Below, in pieces: positions 37,801 through 48,017 of a stretch of 64,000 nucleotides of DNA; the first letter of the stretch is position 1; every line of letters begins with the position of its first letter. Location of the stretch: positions 1,314,308-1,378,307 of the forward strand of contig CAWDMW010000002.1 of the NCBI GenBank assembly GCA_963803575.1, read 5' to 3'. The position numbers and the translations under genes were made by a program. The notes under the pieces were generated by a model that made no database searches, was not told the DNA's origin, and saw only the letters and a list, made by a program, of their open reading frames with translations. This DNA comes from an uncultured Alphaproteobacteria bacterium. GTDB lineage: Bacteria > Pseudomonadota > Alphaproteobacteria > Rickettsiales > UBA998.

Positions 37801-38357
37801 AAAGCGGTTGCTTCATTAGCCGGATAAAGATCAATAATGCTACCCCGCACAGCAAATTCCCCCGGCTCCATCACTTTAGACGCACGGCGGTATCCCTGTC
37901 CGGCAAGCATTCCAACAAACCGCTCATGATGAAGTGTGCTGCCTACCTCAATCAGTGTTGTCGCATTATCGTAAGTGCTGCGCGGTGGAAGTTTTTGAAG
38001 GAACGCACTGGCCGTGGTCAGTACAATGAAAGGGGTTTTGCTTTTGCTGCGCTCTAATATTTCAACTAATGCAGCCACTCGTCGTGCAATCATGCTTTGT
38101 GCAGGCGCACTACGGTCGTATGGCAGCGTATCCCATGCAGGCAAAGTGATGATAGGGATATTGGGTAAGAAAAACTCTGCCTGTCGGGCAATAGCGTTTA
38201 ATTGGCGATCGTGATGTGTGATGTAGAGGCATGGCGCAGAAGACTGAGAAAGCAAGTGCCGGATTGCCAGACTTTGTGCATTTTCCGGTACAGATGACAA
38301 AGTGCGAAAGGCGTTTGTATCGGGAGAGGATGAACGTTGGGAAGAGGCAACAGACAT
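34869..38357 (-). CDS. mfd: transcription-repair coupling factor
   Basis: 1162 aa with ...LVCGDVGFGKTEVA...LIIDEEQRFGV...QLRGRVGR... and a UvrB-homology N-terminus. Confidence 0.95.
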   Translation of the reverse strand: MSVASSQRSSSPDTNAFRTLSSVPENAQSLAIRHLLSQSSAPCLYITHHDRQLNAIARQAEFFLPNIPIITLPAWDTLPYDRSAPAQSMIARRVAALVEILERSKSKTPFIVLTTASAFLQKLPPRSTYDNATTLIEVGSTLHHERFVGMLAGQGYRRASKVMEPGEFAVRGSIIDLYPANEATAFRLDMFDDTIDTIKSFDVLSQRSIDNHTQLRIVPTSEIVLSKERVEQFRQSYRQAFGQPHRDDALYHTVSEGQYHTGMEHWLPFFYPQMESLLAYLPDNIQICLDHGVRDTLKQRSEMILDYYQSRIDTAAISRKESQFIYNPVSPEMFYLHDTWEARLEQRGATLLEPFGISKQDGDSLNVRANKKLHTIAKAEKKTPFSVLEAEMAGDARPVILSASTQGSCDRLEQLLKSEGLKPKRIEHIDQVTPKKKGLYVSELQAASGFQSDALVLYTEQDFLGRKILQTRKRTKSSEAFMAEATAFDTGELLVHKDHGIGCFERLETLDVDGIRHDCIKLVYRDNDRLFVPVENLDLLTRHGSEAGDVELDKLGSASWQSRKAAYKEKLRLTAEALLETAAERELVKSTALHMQEDAYSDFVARFPYDETDDQERAINDVIDDLNGTKPMDRLVCGDVGFGKTEVALRAAFVAATDSMNPIQVAFIAPTTLLARQHYHNVKSRFEHSGLKVAQLSRLCSTKEAKLTREGLADGSINVVVGTHSLLADSVSFNRLGLLIIDEEQRFGVKQKEKLKSLKSDIHVLSMSATPIPRTLQMALTGVRDLSLITTPPVDRLAIRSFVTPFDPVVIKEAIKRELHRGGQVFYVTPRIADIAELKARITELAPEARLAVAHGQMSGSELDSLMNDVYEGKFDVLLSTAIIESGIDIPTANTMIINRADRFGLAQLYQLRGRVGRGKVRAYAYFTLPYHGALTPQAIKRLDVMQSLDTLGAGFTLASHDMDIRGFGNLVGEEQSGHVKDIGVELYQSMLEDAVKQARLKREDAKDLAPILEEDWSPQLNLGLSVLIPETYVSDLSLRLSLYRRAATLQSIDDIESFAAELSDRFGTIPQEAEYLFTTLKLKCTCKQAGVSRVDVGPKGAVLHFEESAISNPHALIGFISRHSDTMKLRADNSVFYKAQWRDTAHKLHDIRQLIDNVATI

Positions 38358-38360
38358 TAA

Positions 38361-38675
38361 TTAAACAGTTTTAGAAAACGTTCTTAGTGTGTCGCGTAAA
38401 TGGTCATATTGTCCATCAGCCAGCGGAGTTTTGCCTGTTATCCAGTTCCATATATCTACATCTTGCTCATCAAGCAAGTCTTCATAATTTTGCAATGCTT
38501 CATCTGTTTCAAGCAAGTGCAGTGCTTTGTCAGCAAAATTACCAAGAATCACGTCAGTTTCTTTGCATCCACGATGCCAGCTACGGTAACGGATACGCCG
38601 CAAGCGCACGTCTGGGGAATCTACAGGAGGAGTCGCTACTTCATTCATAGCTTTATTATAAGCCATTTGACGCAT
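38361..38675 (-). CDS. sdhE: FAD assembly factor SdhE (SDHAF2/DUF339)
   Basis: ...RLRRIRYRSWHRGCKETDVILGNFA...DLLDEQDVDIWNWITG matches the SdhE RGxxE motif family. The exact start (M1, M4 or M10) is uncertain. Confidence 0.8.
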   Translation of the reverse strand: MRQMAYNKAMNEVATPPVDSPDVRLRRIRYRSWHRGCKETDVILGNFADKALHLLETDEALQNYEDLLDEQDVDIWNWITGKTPLADGQYDHLRDTLRTFSKTV

Positions 38676-38796
38676 TAAACCAGCCCTTTTCGCCGTCTGT
38701 CTGCATTGTAAGATTATGGTGCTTATTTGCCGGCATGAAGTTTAAGTAACTCTTGCCATAGTAGTGCCTATCTGATACCAAACAGACTCTATTATA

Positions 38797-41577
38797 ATGA
38801 AGGATATTACTGTGTCTGATGCTAACCTGACTCCAACCATTTCCATTGAACGGGAGATGAAACGCTCTTATCTGGATTATGCCATGAGCGTGATTGTATC
38901 GCGGGCAATTCCGGATTTGCGTGATGGTCTGAAACCTGTGCATCGACGTATCCTGTACGCTATGCAGGAATCCGGTTGCGATTACAATAAACCCTACAAG
39001 AAATCTGCGCGTATTGTCGGTGAAGTGATGGGGAAATACCACCCTCACGGTGATAGCGCGATTTATGATGCGTTGGTGCGCATGGCACAGCCTTTCTCTA
39101 TGTCCAAAATGCTGATTGACGGGCAAGGGAATTTTGGTTCCATGGATGGTGATCCACCAGCTGCAATGCGTTACACGGAATCGCGGCTGGATAAAATCTC
39201 ACAAACGTCGTTGCTTCAGGATATTGACAAAGATACTGTTGATTTTCAGGATAATTATGACGGTGCAGAGCAGGAGCCAAAAGTGTTGCCTGCGCGTTTC
39301 CCCAATATTCTGGTCAGTGGTGCTGGCGGGATTGCTGTGGGGATGGCAACCAATATTCCTCCTCATAATCTGGGCGAGGTGATTGATGCAACCACGTTGC
39401 TGATTGATGAACCTGACAGCAGTATTGATGATTTAATGGAATGCGTGCCTGCGCCTGACTTCCCAACAGGTGCAACCATTCTTGGTCGCTCAGGTAGCCG
39501 CGCCGCTGCACATACCGGACGTGGGTCTGTGGTGATGCGTGCCAAGGCACACTTTGAGGACTTACCCAATAAACGTACTGCTATCATCGTTACAGAAATT
39601 CCGTATCAGGTGAACAAGGCGCGGTTGGTAGAGCGTATTGCCGACTTGGTACGTGATAAAAAAATCGAGGGCATTTCAGACCTGCGCGATGAGTCTGACA
39701 AAAGCGGTGTGCGCGTGGTGGTTGAAGTGAAGCGTGATGCTGTGCCGGATGTGGTGCTAAACCAACTCTACAGCTACACGCCACTGCAAACCTCATTTGG
39801 CGTCAATACGCTGGCACTGAATGATGGACGCCCTGAACAGCTGAATCTGAAACAGATATTAGAAGCGTTTATCCGTTTTCGCGAAGATGTGATTACGCGC
39901 CGTACACAGTTCTTGCTGAATAAGACGCGTGACAAAGCGCATAATTTAATTGGTTTGGCCATCGCGGTGGCGAATATTGATGAAGTTATTAAAGTGATTC
40001 GGGGCGCGCCTAATCCTCCGGCGGCTAAAGAGGAATTAATGCGCCGTGACTGGGACGCCGCTGACGTATTGCCGTTGCTTGAATTAGTGGATGATAAACG
40101 CAACGCTTTGGATGGCACACGTATTCGCTTCACTGAAGAACAGGCGCGCGGTATTTTAGAATTGCGGTTGCAACGCCTGACCGGATTAGAGCGCGAAAAG
40201 ATTGATGGCGAGCTTACGGAATTGGGAGAAGCCATTAAAACGTATCTGTTTATTCTTGGTTCGTATGAAGAACGGATGCGTATCATGAAAGAAGAATTGC
40301 AAGAAGTGCATGATAATTACGCTGTGCCTCGCCGTACTACCATTGATGATTCTGAATTTGAAGCGGATATGGAAGACCTGATTCAGAAAGAAGATATGGT
40401 GGTGACGGTTACACGCGGTGGTTATATCAAGCGCGTGCCTTTAGATACATATCGCGCGCAACGCCGGGGTGGTAAAGGCCGATCTGGTATGGGGATGAAG
40501 GATGAAGATGCGATTGAAGCATTATTTGTTGTCAACACCCACACGCCCGTTCTGTTCTTTTCTAATTTTGGAAAGGTTTATAAGTTGAAAGTGTACAGGC
40601 TGCCATTAGGTGGAGCTACGACCAAGGGTAAGGCTTTGGTCAATATCTTTCCGCTGGCTGATGGTGAAACGATTAATACCTTTATGCCGCTGCCTGAAGA
40701 TGAAAGCACCTGGGATGATCTGCACGTTATGTTTGCTACGTCCATGGGGACGATACGCCGCAATGATTTGTCTGATTTTCAGAATGTGATGAGCAACGGA
40801 AAAATTGCCATGAAGCTGGGCGATAATGAATATCTGGTAGCGGTACGTCCATGTGGTGAAACGCAGGATGTGTTGCTTTCCACCTCTTTTGGTAAATGTA
40901 TTCGCTTTCCGGTAGGTAGCATTCGCGTCTTTAGAAGCCGTGCTTCAACAGGCGTTCGAGCCATTAAACTGGCTGATAATGATATGGTGGTATCTATGTC
41001 TATTCTGGATGGTATGGGTGATTATAGTTCTGAAGAACGTATGGCCTACATACGCCGCGCTAACCAGACCATTCGTATGGGTGAGTTGGAAGAAGCAGGT
41101 GAGCAGGACGAGGAAGCCCCACAGTGGGAAATGTCTGATGACATGTTCAATGGGATGCAAGAGCGTGAACAATTTATTTTAACTGTTACAGAAAATGGTT
41201 ACGGCAAACGTAGTTCTGCATATGAATATCGTGTCAGCAATCGAGGTGGGCAGGGGATCATTAGTATTGCAGGAAATGACCGAAACGGACATGTGGTGGC
41301 GAGTTTCTCCATCAGTCATGCCGATCAGTTGATGCTGATGACTGATATGGCCAAGATTATTCGCTGCCCGGTATCCGACATTCGCATTGCCGGACGTAAC
41401 ACGCAGGGAGTCCGACTGTTTAGTGTGGCTGAAAATGAAACGATTGTGACAGCGGTGCGTATTGATGAAGCGATGATTGCCGTAGATGTGGAAGAACTGG
41501 CTGAGCAGGAACCAGATGTGGTGATTGAACCTGTAGCATTGGTAGAAACTATACATCCTGACGAGACGGACACGTAA
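38797..41577 (+). CDS. gyrA: DNA gyrase subunit A
   Basis: ...[37 protein letters not shown]...[23 protein letters not shown]... Confidence 0.97.
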   Translation: MKDITVSDANLTPTISIEREMKRSYLDYAMSVIVSRAIPDLRDGLKPVHRRILYAMQESGCDYNKPYKKSARIVGEVMGKYHPHGDSAIYDALVRMAQPFSMSKMLIDGQGNFGSMDGDPPAAMRYTESRLDKISQTSLLQDIDKDTVDFQDNYDGAEQEPKVLPARFPNILVSGAGGIAVGMATNIPPHNLGEVIDATTLLIDEPDSSIDDLMECVPAPDFPTGATILGRSGSRAAAHTGRGSVVMRAKAHFEDLPNKRTAIIVTEIPYQVNKARLVERIADLVRDKKIEGISDLRDESDKSGVRVVVEVKRDAVPDVVLNQLYSYTPLQTSFGVNTLALNDGRPEQLNLKQILEAFIRFREDVITRRTQFLLNKTRDKAHNLIGLAIAVANIDEVIKVIRGAPNPPAAKEELMRRDWDAADVLPLLELVDDKRNALDGTRIRFTEEQARGILELRLQRLTGLEREKIDGELTELGEAIKTYLFILGSYEERMRIMKEELQEVHDNYAVPRRTTIDDSEFEADMEDLIQKEDMVVTVTRGGYIKRVPLDTYRAQRRGGKGRSGMGMKDEDAIEALFVVNTHTPVLFFSNFGKVYKLKVYRLPLGGATTKGKALVNIFPLADGETINTFMPLPEDESTWDDLHVMFATSMGTIRRNDLSDFQNVMSNGKIAMKLGDNEYLVAVRPCGETQDVLLSTSFGKCIRFPVGSIRVFRSRASTGVRAIKLADNDMVVSMSILDGMGDYSSEERMAYIRRANQTIRMGELEEAGEQDEEAPQWEMSDDMFNGMQEREQFILTVTENGYGKRSSAYEYRVSNRGGQGIISIAGNDRNGHVVASFSISHADQLMLMTDMAKIIRCPVSDIRIAGRNTQGVRLFSVAENETIVTAVRIDEAMIAVDVEELAEQEPDVVIEPVALVETIHPDETDT

Positions 41578-41580
41578 ATC

Positions 41581-42078
41581 ATGCGTATAGGTATTTATCC
41601 CGGCACGTTTGACCCGATCACGAATGGGCATATTGATATTATTAAGCGTTCCCTTCGCGTAGTGGATCATTTGGTAATAGCGGTTGCGTTAGATACGGGG
41701 AAACAGCCTGTGTTCTCACTAGATCAACGCACGGCACTGGCGCAACACGACATCAGTATGTTGGGTGAAGATGCAAGCCGGGTGACGGTTAAGAGTTTTT
41801 CCGGTTTGCTGGTGAACTTTGCCCAGTCGCATAATGGGTCTGTACTAATACGCGGTTTGCGTGCTGTATCTGATTTTGAGTATGAGTTTCAAATGGCATG
41901 CATGAATTCAAAGCTGGCACCCGAATTAGAGACGATTTTCCTGACAGCATCAGAATCCACACATTTTGTGTCATCGCGGTTTGTAAAACAGATATGTCGG
42001 TTAGGCGGTTCCATTGACGGGTTTGTTTCAGAGTATGTGGCGAACGCACTGCGTGAATATTATACTGACCCTGCTTAA
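41581..42078 (+). CDS. coaD: pantetheine-phosphate adenylyltransferase
   Basis: MRIGIYPGTFDPITNGHIDII... Confidence 0.95.
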   Translation: MRIGIYPGTFDPITNGHIDIIKRSLRVVDHLVIAVALDTGKQPVFSLDQRTALAQHDISMLGEDASRVTVKSFSGLLVNFAQSHNGSVLIRGLRAVSDFEYEFQMACMNSKLAPELETIFLTASESTHFVSSRFVKQICRLGGSIDGFVSEYVANALREYYTDPA

Positions 42079-43772
42079 CCCTCTGACAACTTCCTAATAC
42101 GAGAACTGATTTCTGATGTTGCCTGAGATGCAGACATACTGTTAGAGGCAATGTCATTCGTCACGGCAGATTGTTCTTCAATCGCACTGGCTACTCCAGT
42201 GACATATTCATTCACATGATCTGCTGCTTCTACGATTTCCTTAATCCCGTCGGCCACTTCCAGACATAATGCCTGTACCACATTAATCTCGTTTTCAATA
42301 TTGTCGGTTGCTTTAGACGTTTGGCCTGCAAGGTTTTTCACTTCTGCTGCAACAACCGAGAAACCCTGACCTGCCTCACCAGCGCGTGCTGCTTCAATGG
42401 TTGCATTAAGTGCCAGCAAATTAACCTGTCCTGCAATGTTGCGAATAAAGTCAACGATATTTCCCATTGATTCCATACTGGAACTGAGCTTGGCACTGGC
42501 CACCCCAGATATGGCTGTTTTCTCTGAGATACTGTCCGTTGCACGTTTGGACATGACCATACTTTGACTGATTTCCTGAATCGCAGCAGACATTTCTTCG
42601 GTGGCAGCCGCCACACTTTGCACTTTTGCCATAGCACTATCTGCCAAATCAGCTGCTTTCATCATTTCCGTCATGTCTGTAGCAAATTTTACCACCTTGT
42701 ACAGATTTCCATCAATATCATAAATAGGGTTATAGGATGCCTGAATCCATATCTCGGATCCATCCTTTCTTATGCGGGGGTAAATTTTTGATTCAAACTG
42801 CCCAGTACGCAACTTATCCCAAAATCTTCGATATTCCTCACTTTTGGCATAATCGTGATCGACAAACATTTGGTGATGTTTGCCCTGAATTTCACCAATG
42901 CGATAACCAACAGCATTTAGAAAATTGTCATTAGCGTTCAGGATAGTACCGTCCAACTTAAATTCAATAATTGCTTGTGATTTATTGATCGCATCCATTT
43001 GACCTAAAACATCAATACTAGCTAATTTATCCTTAGTAATATCTGATGCGTATTTAACCACTTTAAATGGTTTACCATCAGGCTTGAAGATAGGGTTGTA
43101 AGATGCCTGAATCCACACCTCCGTTCCATCTTTCGCGATACGTTTATATTCGCCTGAATGATACTCCCCTTTCGATAATTTATTCCAGAAATTCCGGTAT
43201 TCATGTGAACTGGCGTAGGAAGAATCAACAAATATTTGATGATGTTTTCCTTTTATTTCATCCAACTGATACCCAACAGTGCTTAAAAAATTCTCGTTAG
43301 CGTTCAAGATAGTACCGTCCATGGTAAATTCAATCACGGCTTGCGAGCGATTGATTGCATCAATCTGCCCCTGATAATCCGCGCTTTTTATTGCTTCTTC
43401 TGTAATATCTGTAGCAAACTTGACCACACCACATACTTTACCTTGCGCATCATAGATAGGGTTATAGGATGCTTCAATCCATACTTCTTTATTGTTACGA
43501 CCATAACGTTTGAATTTACCTGTTTCAAAGTTTCCTGCGCGCAATTTATCCCAAAAAATTTGATATTCTGCCGTTTGTGCGTAACCCCTTTCAACAAACA
43601 TACTATGATGCTTACCCTGAATTTCACTTAGACTATATTCAACCGTTTCCAGGAAATTCGCATTGGCAGTAATGATATTCCCTTTCGTATCAAACTCAAT
43701 GGTTGCCTGCACTTTATCCAGTGCATCCAGTTTGGCTTTGTCATTGCGGGAGGTAGAATGAAAGAAATCCAT
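42075..43772 (-). CDS. soluble methyl-accepting chemotaxis protein with three tandem PAS domains
   Basis: No TM segment. Three 122-aa PAS/PAC units, then the MCP signalling hairpin ...VNLLALNATIEAARAGEAGQGFSVVAAEVKNLA.... Confidence 0.9.
   Translation of the reverse strand: MDFFHSTSRNDKAKLDALDKVQATIEFDTKGNIITANANFLETVEYSLSEIQGKHHSMFVERGYAQTAEYQIFWDKLRAGNFETGKFKRYGRNNKEVWIEASYNPIYDAQGKVCGVVKFATDITEEAIKSADYQGQIDAINRSQAVIEFTMDGTILNANENFLSTVGYQLDEIKGKHHQIFVDSSYASSHEYRNFWNKLSKGEYHSGEYKRIAKDGTEVWIQASYNPIFKPDGKPFKVVKYASDITKDKLASIDVLGQMDAINKSQAIIEFKLDGTILNANDNFLNAVGYRIGEIQGKHHQMFVDHDYAKSEEYRRFWDKLRTGQFESKIYPRIRKDGSEIWIQASYNPIYDIDGNLYKVVKFATDMTEMMKAADLADSAMAKVQSVAAATEEMSAAIQEISQSMVMSKRATDSISEKTAISGVASAKLSSSMESMGNIVDFIRNIAGQVNLLALNATIEAARAGEAGQGFSVVAAEVKNLAGQTSKATDNIENEINVVQALCLEVADGIKEIVEAADHVNEYVTGVASAIEEQSAVTNDIASNSMSASQATSEISSRIRKLSEG
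42633..43730 (-). repeat. internal triplication: three 366-nt (122-aa) PAS-domain units
   Basis: The IEF landmark recurs at residues 25-27, 147-149 and 269-271. Units 2 and 3 are very similar (IDAINRSQAVIEFTMDGTILNANENFL versus MDAINKSQAIIEFKLDGTILNANDNFL). Confidence 0.85.
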
Positions 43773-43860
43773 GTGCGTTGTATGCCTTATCGTTACTTAG
43801 TAAATCACTAGGGACAGATTGACAGGATTCTTATAAAAAAAGATTAAAGTACTTGAGAAA

Positions 43861-43888
43861 GTATCGAACCAGTTAAATTTAAATTTTA
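43861..43888 (-). promoter_or_regulatory. candidate sigma28 (FliA)-type promoter for the MCP gene
   Basis: The minus strand reads TAAAATTT-N12-TTCGATAC, against the consensus TAAAGTTT-N11-GCCGATAA. It lies about 90 nt upstream of the MCP ATG and overlaps the gcdH stop codon. Confidence 0.4.
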
Positions 43889-45067
43889 TGCGGAAAAAGC
43901 CGGAATATCTGTAATGGCGCGGCCTAGAATAAGTGCATGAATATCATGGGTTCCTTCATAGGTATTGACGCTTTCTAAGTTCATTACATGACGCATTACA
44001 TGGTATTCATCTGCGATGCCGTTGCCACCATGCATATCTCTGGCTGTACGGGCAATCTCTAAGGCTTTTCCCGCAGAATTGCGTTTAATCAGCGAAATCA
44101 TATCCGGCACTTGTTTACCTGCATCAATCAACTGACCCACACGTAAACATCCTTGCAGGCCTAAAGCAATGTCTGTTGCCATATCCGCCAGTTTCTTTTG
44201 AATCAACTGGTTTGCCGCTAGGGGTTTGCCGAATTGTTTGCGCTCTAGCGTATAGTTGCGCGCAGCCTGATAACAGAACTCCGCGGCTCCCAACGCGCCC
44301 CAGCCAATACCGTAACGTGCTTTATTAAGGCAGGAAAACGGTGCTTTCATACCGGTAGTTTGCAAGCGGTGTGCGTCTGGCACAAAAGCGTTATCCAGCA
44401 TAATCATCCCTGTTTCCGAAGCTTTCAAAGATAGTTTGCCCTCAATTTTTGGTGTTTCAAACCCCTTTGTGTCTCGCGTCACAATGAAACCACTAATAGT
44501 ACCATCCGCTATATCGCTATCACTATAGACCTTTGCCCAGACAATCGCTAAGTCTGCAATAGGTGCGTTTGTGATCCATGTTTTGGAACCACTCAAATGG
44601 TAGCCACCATCTACTTTATCAGCTCGCGTTTTCATACCCGATGGGTCAGAGCCATGATCTGGCTCTGTCAGCCCAAAGCAGCCAATCATTTCTCCGCTGG
44701 CTAATTTAGGTAAATATTCTGACTTAATCTCTTCCGTGGCATATTCACTGATAGGATACATCACTAAGCTGGATTGCACAGACAAAGCGGAGCGATAACC
44801 GCTATCCACCCATTCAATTTCTCGTGCAATCACCCCGTAAGCCACATGTGATGTGCCAGCGCATCCATAGCCTTGAATAGTTGATCCAAGTAACCCTAAT
44901 TTGCCTGCCTCACGCAAAATATCGCGATCAAAATACTCTTTACGATTCGCTTCCAGTATGCCGGGGAATAACACGTCTCGCGCGAATTTGCGTGTCATGT
45001 TTAAAATCATGGTTTCGTCTTCACCAAGTTGCCGATCAATCCAGAGCGGGTCTTGCCAGTCAAACAT
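43886..45067 (-). CDS. gcdH: glutaryl-CoA dehydrogenase (acyl-CoA dehydrogenase family)
   Basis: [18 protein letters not shown]...[17 protein letters not shown]...[15 protein letters not shown] is the GCDH-type pattern. Confidence 0.85.
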   Translation of the reverse strand: MFDWQDPLWIDRQLGEDETMILNMTRKFARDVLFPGILEANRKEYFDRDILREAGKLGLLGSTIQGYGCAGTSHVAYGVIAREIEWVDSGYRSALSVQSSLVMYPISEYATEEIKSEYLPKLASGEMIGCFGLTEPDHGSDPSGMKTRADKVDGGYHLSGSKTWITNAPIADLAIVWAKVYSDSDIADGTISGFIVTRDTKGFETPKIEGKLSLKASETGMIMLDNAFVPDAHRLQTTGMKAPFSCLNKARYGIGWGALGAAEFCYQAARNYTLERKQFGKPLAANQLIQKKLADMATDIALGLQGCLRVGQLIDAGKQVPDMISLIKRNSAGKALEIARTARDMHGGNGIADEYHVMRHVMNLESVNTYEGTHDIHALILGRAITDIPAFSA

Positions 45068-45072
45068 ATTCG

Positions 45073-45306
45073 CTACACTTCGATGTTTAGGATGGAACCA
45101 CGATCCCAGTAAATACCTTTACGCATAGCACTTACTGCACGATCCACAAGATCTGACAACATGCCTGCGTCCGGTATTTGCCGGAACCCTCTACCACGCG
45201 GTGGACGATCCTGTGCAGTAATATGCGATGGTTTGTTCTTCTTTGGCGATGTATCAGGACGGCTAAATTGTCCTGTTTTAGGGATAGAAGGGCGTATGTT
45301 CGTCAT
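45073..45306 (-). CDS. hypothetical small basic protein (77 aa)
   Basis: Tightly packed between the hydrolase (17 nt) and gcdH (5 nt) on the same strand. Proline- and lysine-rich, low complexity, with no recognised motif. Confidence 0.4.
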   Translation of the reverse strand: MTNIRPSIPKTGQFSRPDTSPKKNKPSHITAQDRPPRGRGFRQIPDAGMLSDLVDRAVSAMRKGIYWDRGSILNIEV

Positions 45307-45323
45307 ACGTCAGTGTAGCATAT

Positions 45324-46205
45324 TCATGACTGAGATCGCAACCAGTTGTGAATAATGTGAATCTGATCGTCACTCATTAGGTGTGGCATGTGACCTGTAT
45401 GTGGCCATTCATGAAAGGTAATATTATCATGTGATGCAACCATAACATCAACCGTGCTTTGCCGAAGCAAGTCTGAATGCTCACCGCGATACAGCAAGAC
45501 CGGGCAATGTACTGTTTCCCATAATGAGGTAAGATCAACATCCTCTATGCTTGACTCACCATTTGGTGCCAATGCTTCAATGGATTGATAAATGTCAGGG
45601 TCAATAATGAGGGACGGCATCCCGTTAGCATCATACGTCACACGACTCTGCCAGAAATGCTGCCAGTGTTCTTCTTCCGTCATGCCAAATGCTTTGACGT
45701 AGCGCGCTTTGTAAACTGCTTCAAACGCTGCTTTATTATTTTTAGGCAAGGGAGAATGTATGGCCTGATAAATATGGCGCAATCCTTCTTTTGCGACAAT
45801 GCTGCCAACATCATTTAACATCAATGATGATAGTAAGGAAGGTTGTACCATGCTGGCCATCATCCCCATCATGCCACCCATAGAGGCTCCCACCCAGTGG
45901 CACTGATGGATGTTTAACACCCTTAACATATCCAAACACAAAGAAAGATATTGTGTGTTTTGATACAGGGTAATGTCCTGATAATGCCCGCTTTTACCTC
46001 TGCCTGGCATAGTCGGAGCAATGACATAAAAATCTTGTGCCAGGCTTGTAGCCAGATAATGGAAATCTTCTGCATTTCCCGTCAGGCTGTGAACGCATAA
46101 CACCGCAGGGCGGTCGGGTTTGCCATAAGTTAAGTAATGCAGCTCTACCGATTCCGTATCGTAAGGGCTAAGCGTTAGGTAGTGGGATATGCCTTGCATC
46201 ATCAT
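45324..46205 (-). CDS. alpha/beta-fold hydrolase
   Basis: 293 aa with a ...VLCVHSLTGNAEDF... oxyanion region, the nucleophile elbow GASMGG, and a C-terminal ...HTGHMPH. Confidence 0.8.
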   Translation of the reverse strand: MMMQGISHYLTLSPYDTESVELHYLTYGKPDRPAVLCVHSLTGNAEDFHYLATSLAQDFYVIAPTMPGRGKSGHYQDITLYQNTQYLSLCLDMLRVLNIHQCHWVGASMGGMMGMMASMVQPSLLSSLMLNDVGSIVAKEGLRHIYQAIHSPLPKNNKAAFEAVYKARYVKAFGMTEEEHWQHFWQSRVTYDANGMPSLIIDPDIYQSIEALAPNGESSIEDVDLTSLWETVHCPVLLYRGEHSDLLRQSTVDVMVASHDNITFHEWPHTGHMPHLMSDDQIHIIHNWLRSQS

Positions 46206-47458
46206 TATTTCCGGTAACGTGATAATTCTAATCCGGCGGTGCGTATCTCTGGCGTACGTTCCTCCATCAAATCTGCCAGCAGGTAAGCACTGCCAGCCCC
46301 TTGCGTCCAGCCAAGTGTGCCATGCCCTGTATTCATGTAGAGATTAGTACAGTCTGTGCGCCCAATGATCGGGGGGCCATCAGGCGTTTGAGGTCTGATA
46401 CATGCCCATTTTTCCATATTATTTAAAGGTACGCCCGGAAACAGATCATGTAGCGAACTGGTCATCTGCTTTATGCGTTTGTCATTAACGGACGTATCGT
46501 AACCCGCAAATTCAGCGGTACCGGCTGAGCGTATACGATCCCCTATACGGCTGAACACAACTTTCTTCTCATCATCTGTGATGCTAACCTGCGGCGCACC
46601 TTCCCATGCCGGCAGTGTCAGGCTGTAACCTTTCATAGGGTAGATAGGTAAACGCACACCCAATGTTCTCGTTAGTATCGGGGAATACGCGCCCAGACAC
46701 ATAACGTAAGCATCTGCAGATAACATGCCGCTACTGGTATTAATTGACGTAATACGACTTTTATCTCCATTTAGGCTGGTAATAATCGTATTATAATGAA
46801 AGGTGACATCCAGATGCTCGGCGCAATAGTTAGCCAGATTCTGCGTAAACATATGAATATCGCCGGACTCGTCAATATCAGAATATAGTCCGCCAATAAT
46901 CGTTTTTGAAGCACCGTTAAGTGCCGGTTCTTTCTCTAAACATTCCTGTTTGGAAAAGACGTATTCTTTACACCCTAAACTCTTTTCCTGAAATTCTGCT
47001 TGTCTGATAGCGCCGTCAAAAGCCGCCTTATCAGAGAAAATATGCAAGATGCCCTTTTGGGCGAAGTCAAATTGTACGTTAGTGTCTTTACGTATTTGAG
47101 CGAGTTTATCTTTTGAGTAGCGAGCAATACGCCACATACGCTCGCAGTTTTCCTGCATACGGCTAGTGGTACAATTAGCCAGAAACTGACTCATCCATAT
47201 CATCATCTCTTTATCTGCACGTGGTCGAACAACCAATGGTGCATCGCTACGAAACGTCCATTCCATCAGTTTTTTGAACACACCGGGGTTAGCCCATGGT
47301 TCTGCGTGGGAATAGCTTAATTGCGCGCCATTAGAAAACGATGTTTGGAGTGCCGCAGATGCTTCCTGTTCCACAACTTCCACCGCGTGGCCTCGCGATG
47401 CCAGCACATATGCTGCTGTAACGCCCGTGATGCCTGCGCCTAAAATCAGTATCTTCAT
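46205..47458 (-). CDS. dadA: D-amino acid dehydrogenase (FAD-dependent)
   Basis: MKILILGAGITGVTAAYVLASRGHAVEVVEQE..., and it aligns with E. coli DadA through to ...NTGHGTLGWTQGAGSAYLLADL. TAATG overlap with the hydrolase gene. Confidence 0.88.
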   Translation of the reverse strand: MKILILGAGITGVTAAYVLASRGHAVEVVEQEASAALQTSFSNGAQLSYSHAEPWANPGVFKKLMEWTFRSDAPLVVRPRADKEMMIWMSQFLANCTTSRMQENCERMWRIARYSKDKLAQIRKDTNVQFDFAQKGILHIFSDKAAFDGAIRQAEFQEKSLGCKEYVFSKQECLEKEPALNGASKTIIGGLYSDIDESGDIHMFTQNLANYCAEHLDVTFHYNTIITSLNGDKSRITSINTSSGMLSADAYVMCLGAYSPILTRTLGVRLPIYPMKGYSLTLPAWEGAPQVSITDDEKKVVFSRIGDRIRSAGTAEFAGYDTSVNDKRIKQMTSSLHDLFPGVPLNNMEKWACIRPQTPDGPPIIGRTDCTNLYMNTGHGTLGWTQGAGSAYLLADLMEERTPEIRTAGLELSRYRK

Positions 47459-47510
47459 TTATCTTTTATCCATCATCAGAAACACGCAATCGGTTCGTTG
47501 TAAGTCAAGA

Positions 47511-47906
47511 TTAATCAACGTACATATAGACTTCATGATAGCGCGCATCAGACACATATTCTTTTGACACTGATACGCGATCACGTGGTATTCCCATTTT
47601 TCGCAAATCTACTATTAGCTTTCCAATTTGTCTGTCGGCTAATGTCTTAACGCGCTCTTTGCGTTCATCAGAACCATTTTCAGGAATAAATGAAACCAGA
47701 GACAATGTGACGGAGGGCTTGATTTTAATCGCTTTAGAAATGGCATTATAGAGTTGTTTATCGTAATAGATACGCGGCTGATTATATCGGATGACCACTA
47801 GAGGAATATCATTATTGCTGGCTGACGGAGCATTAGTTGCATGTGCAGCGTAGTGTGGCAGTGTCAGAGACAGCATTAAAGCAAAAAGCGGGATAATATA
47901 GCGCAT
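47511..47906 (-). CDS. hypothetical secreted protein (131 aa)
   Basis: Signal peptide MRYIIPLFALMLSLTLPHYAAHA. No recognised family. Confidence 0.55.
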   Translation of the reverse strand: MRYIIPLFALMLSLTLPHYAAHATNAPSASNNDIPLVVIRYNQPRIYYDKQLYNAISKAIKIKPSVTLSLVSFIPENGSDERKERVKTLADRQIGKLIVDLRKMGIPRDRVSVSKEYVSDARYHEVYMYVD

Positions 47907-48017
47907 ATGGAAATGGTTGCCATGTTTAGTGTGATATTACTGTGTGTAATGTAGCGGGCAAGCCGCACGAAATGCAAGCAAAAAGCTTTAAAAGCCTGAC
48001 TTGACAGGCATGTCTTT

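Noticed and set aside
38656-39126. 156-aa minus-strand ORF spanning the sdhE-gyrA spacer and the gyrA 5' end
   Set aside because: It overlaps the highly conserved gyrA N-terminus in antisense. The His/Arg-rich sequence has no motif.
39774-40286. 170-aa minus-strand ORF, and several others of 60-90 aa, antisense to gyrA
   Set aside because: It lies entirely inside a strongly supported gyrA frame. The Arg/Ser-rich, low-complexity translation is typical of antisense frames.
45073-45306. DUF1674/SDHAF4-like identity for the 77-aa ORF
   Set aside because: The C-terminus ([15 protein letters not shown]) only superficially resembles the ...YGDWE.KG...DF motif, and the alignment does not hold.
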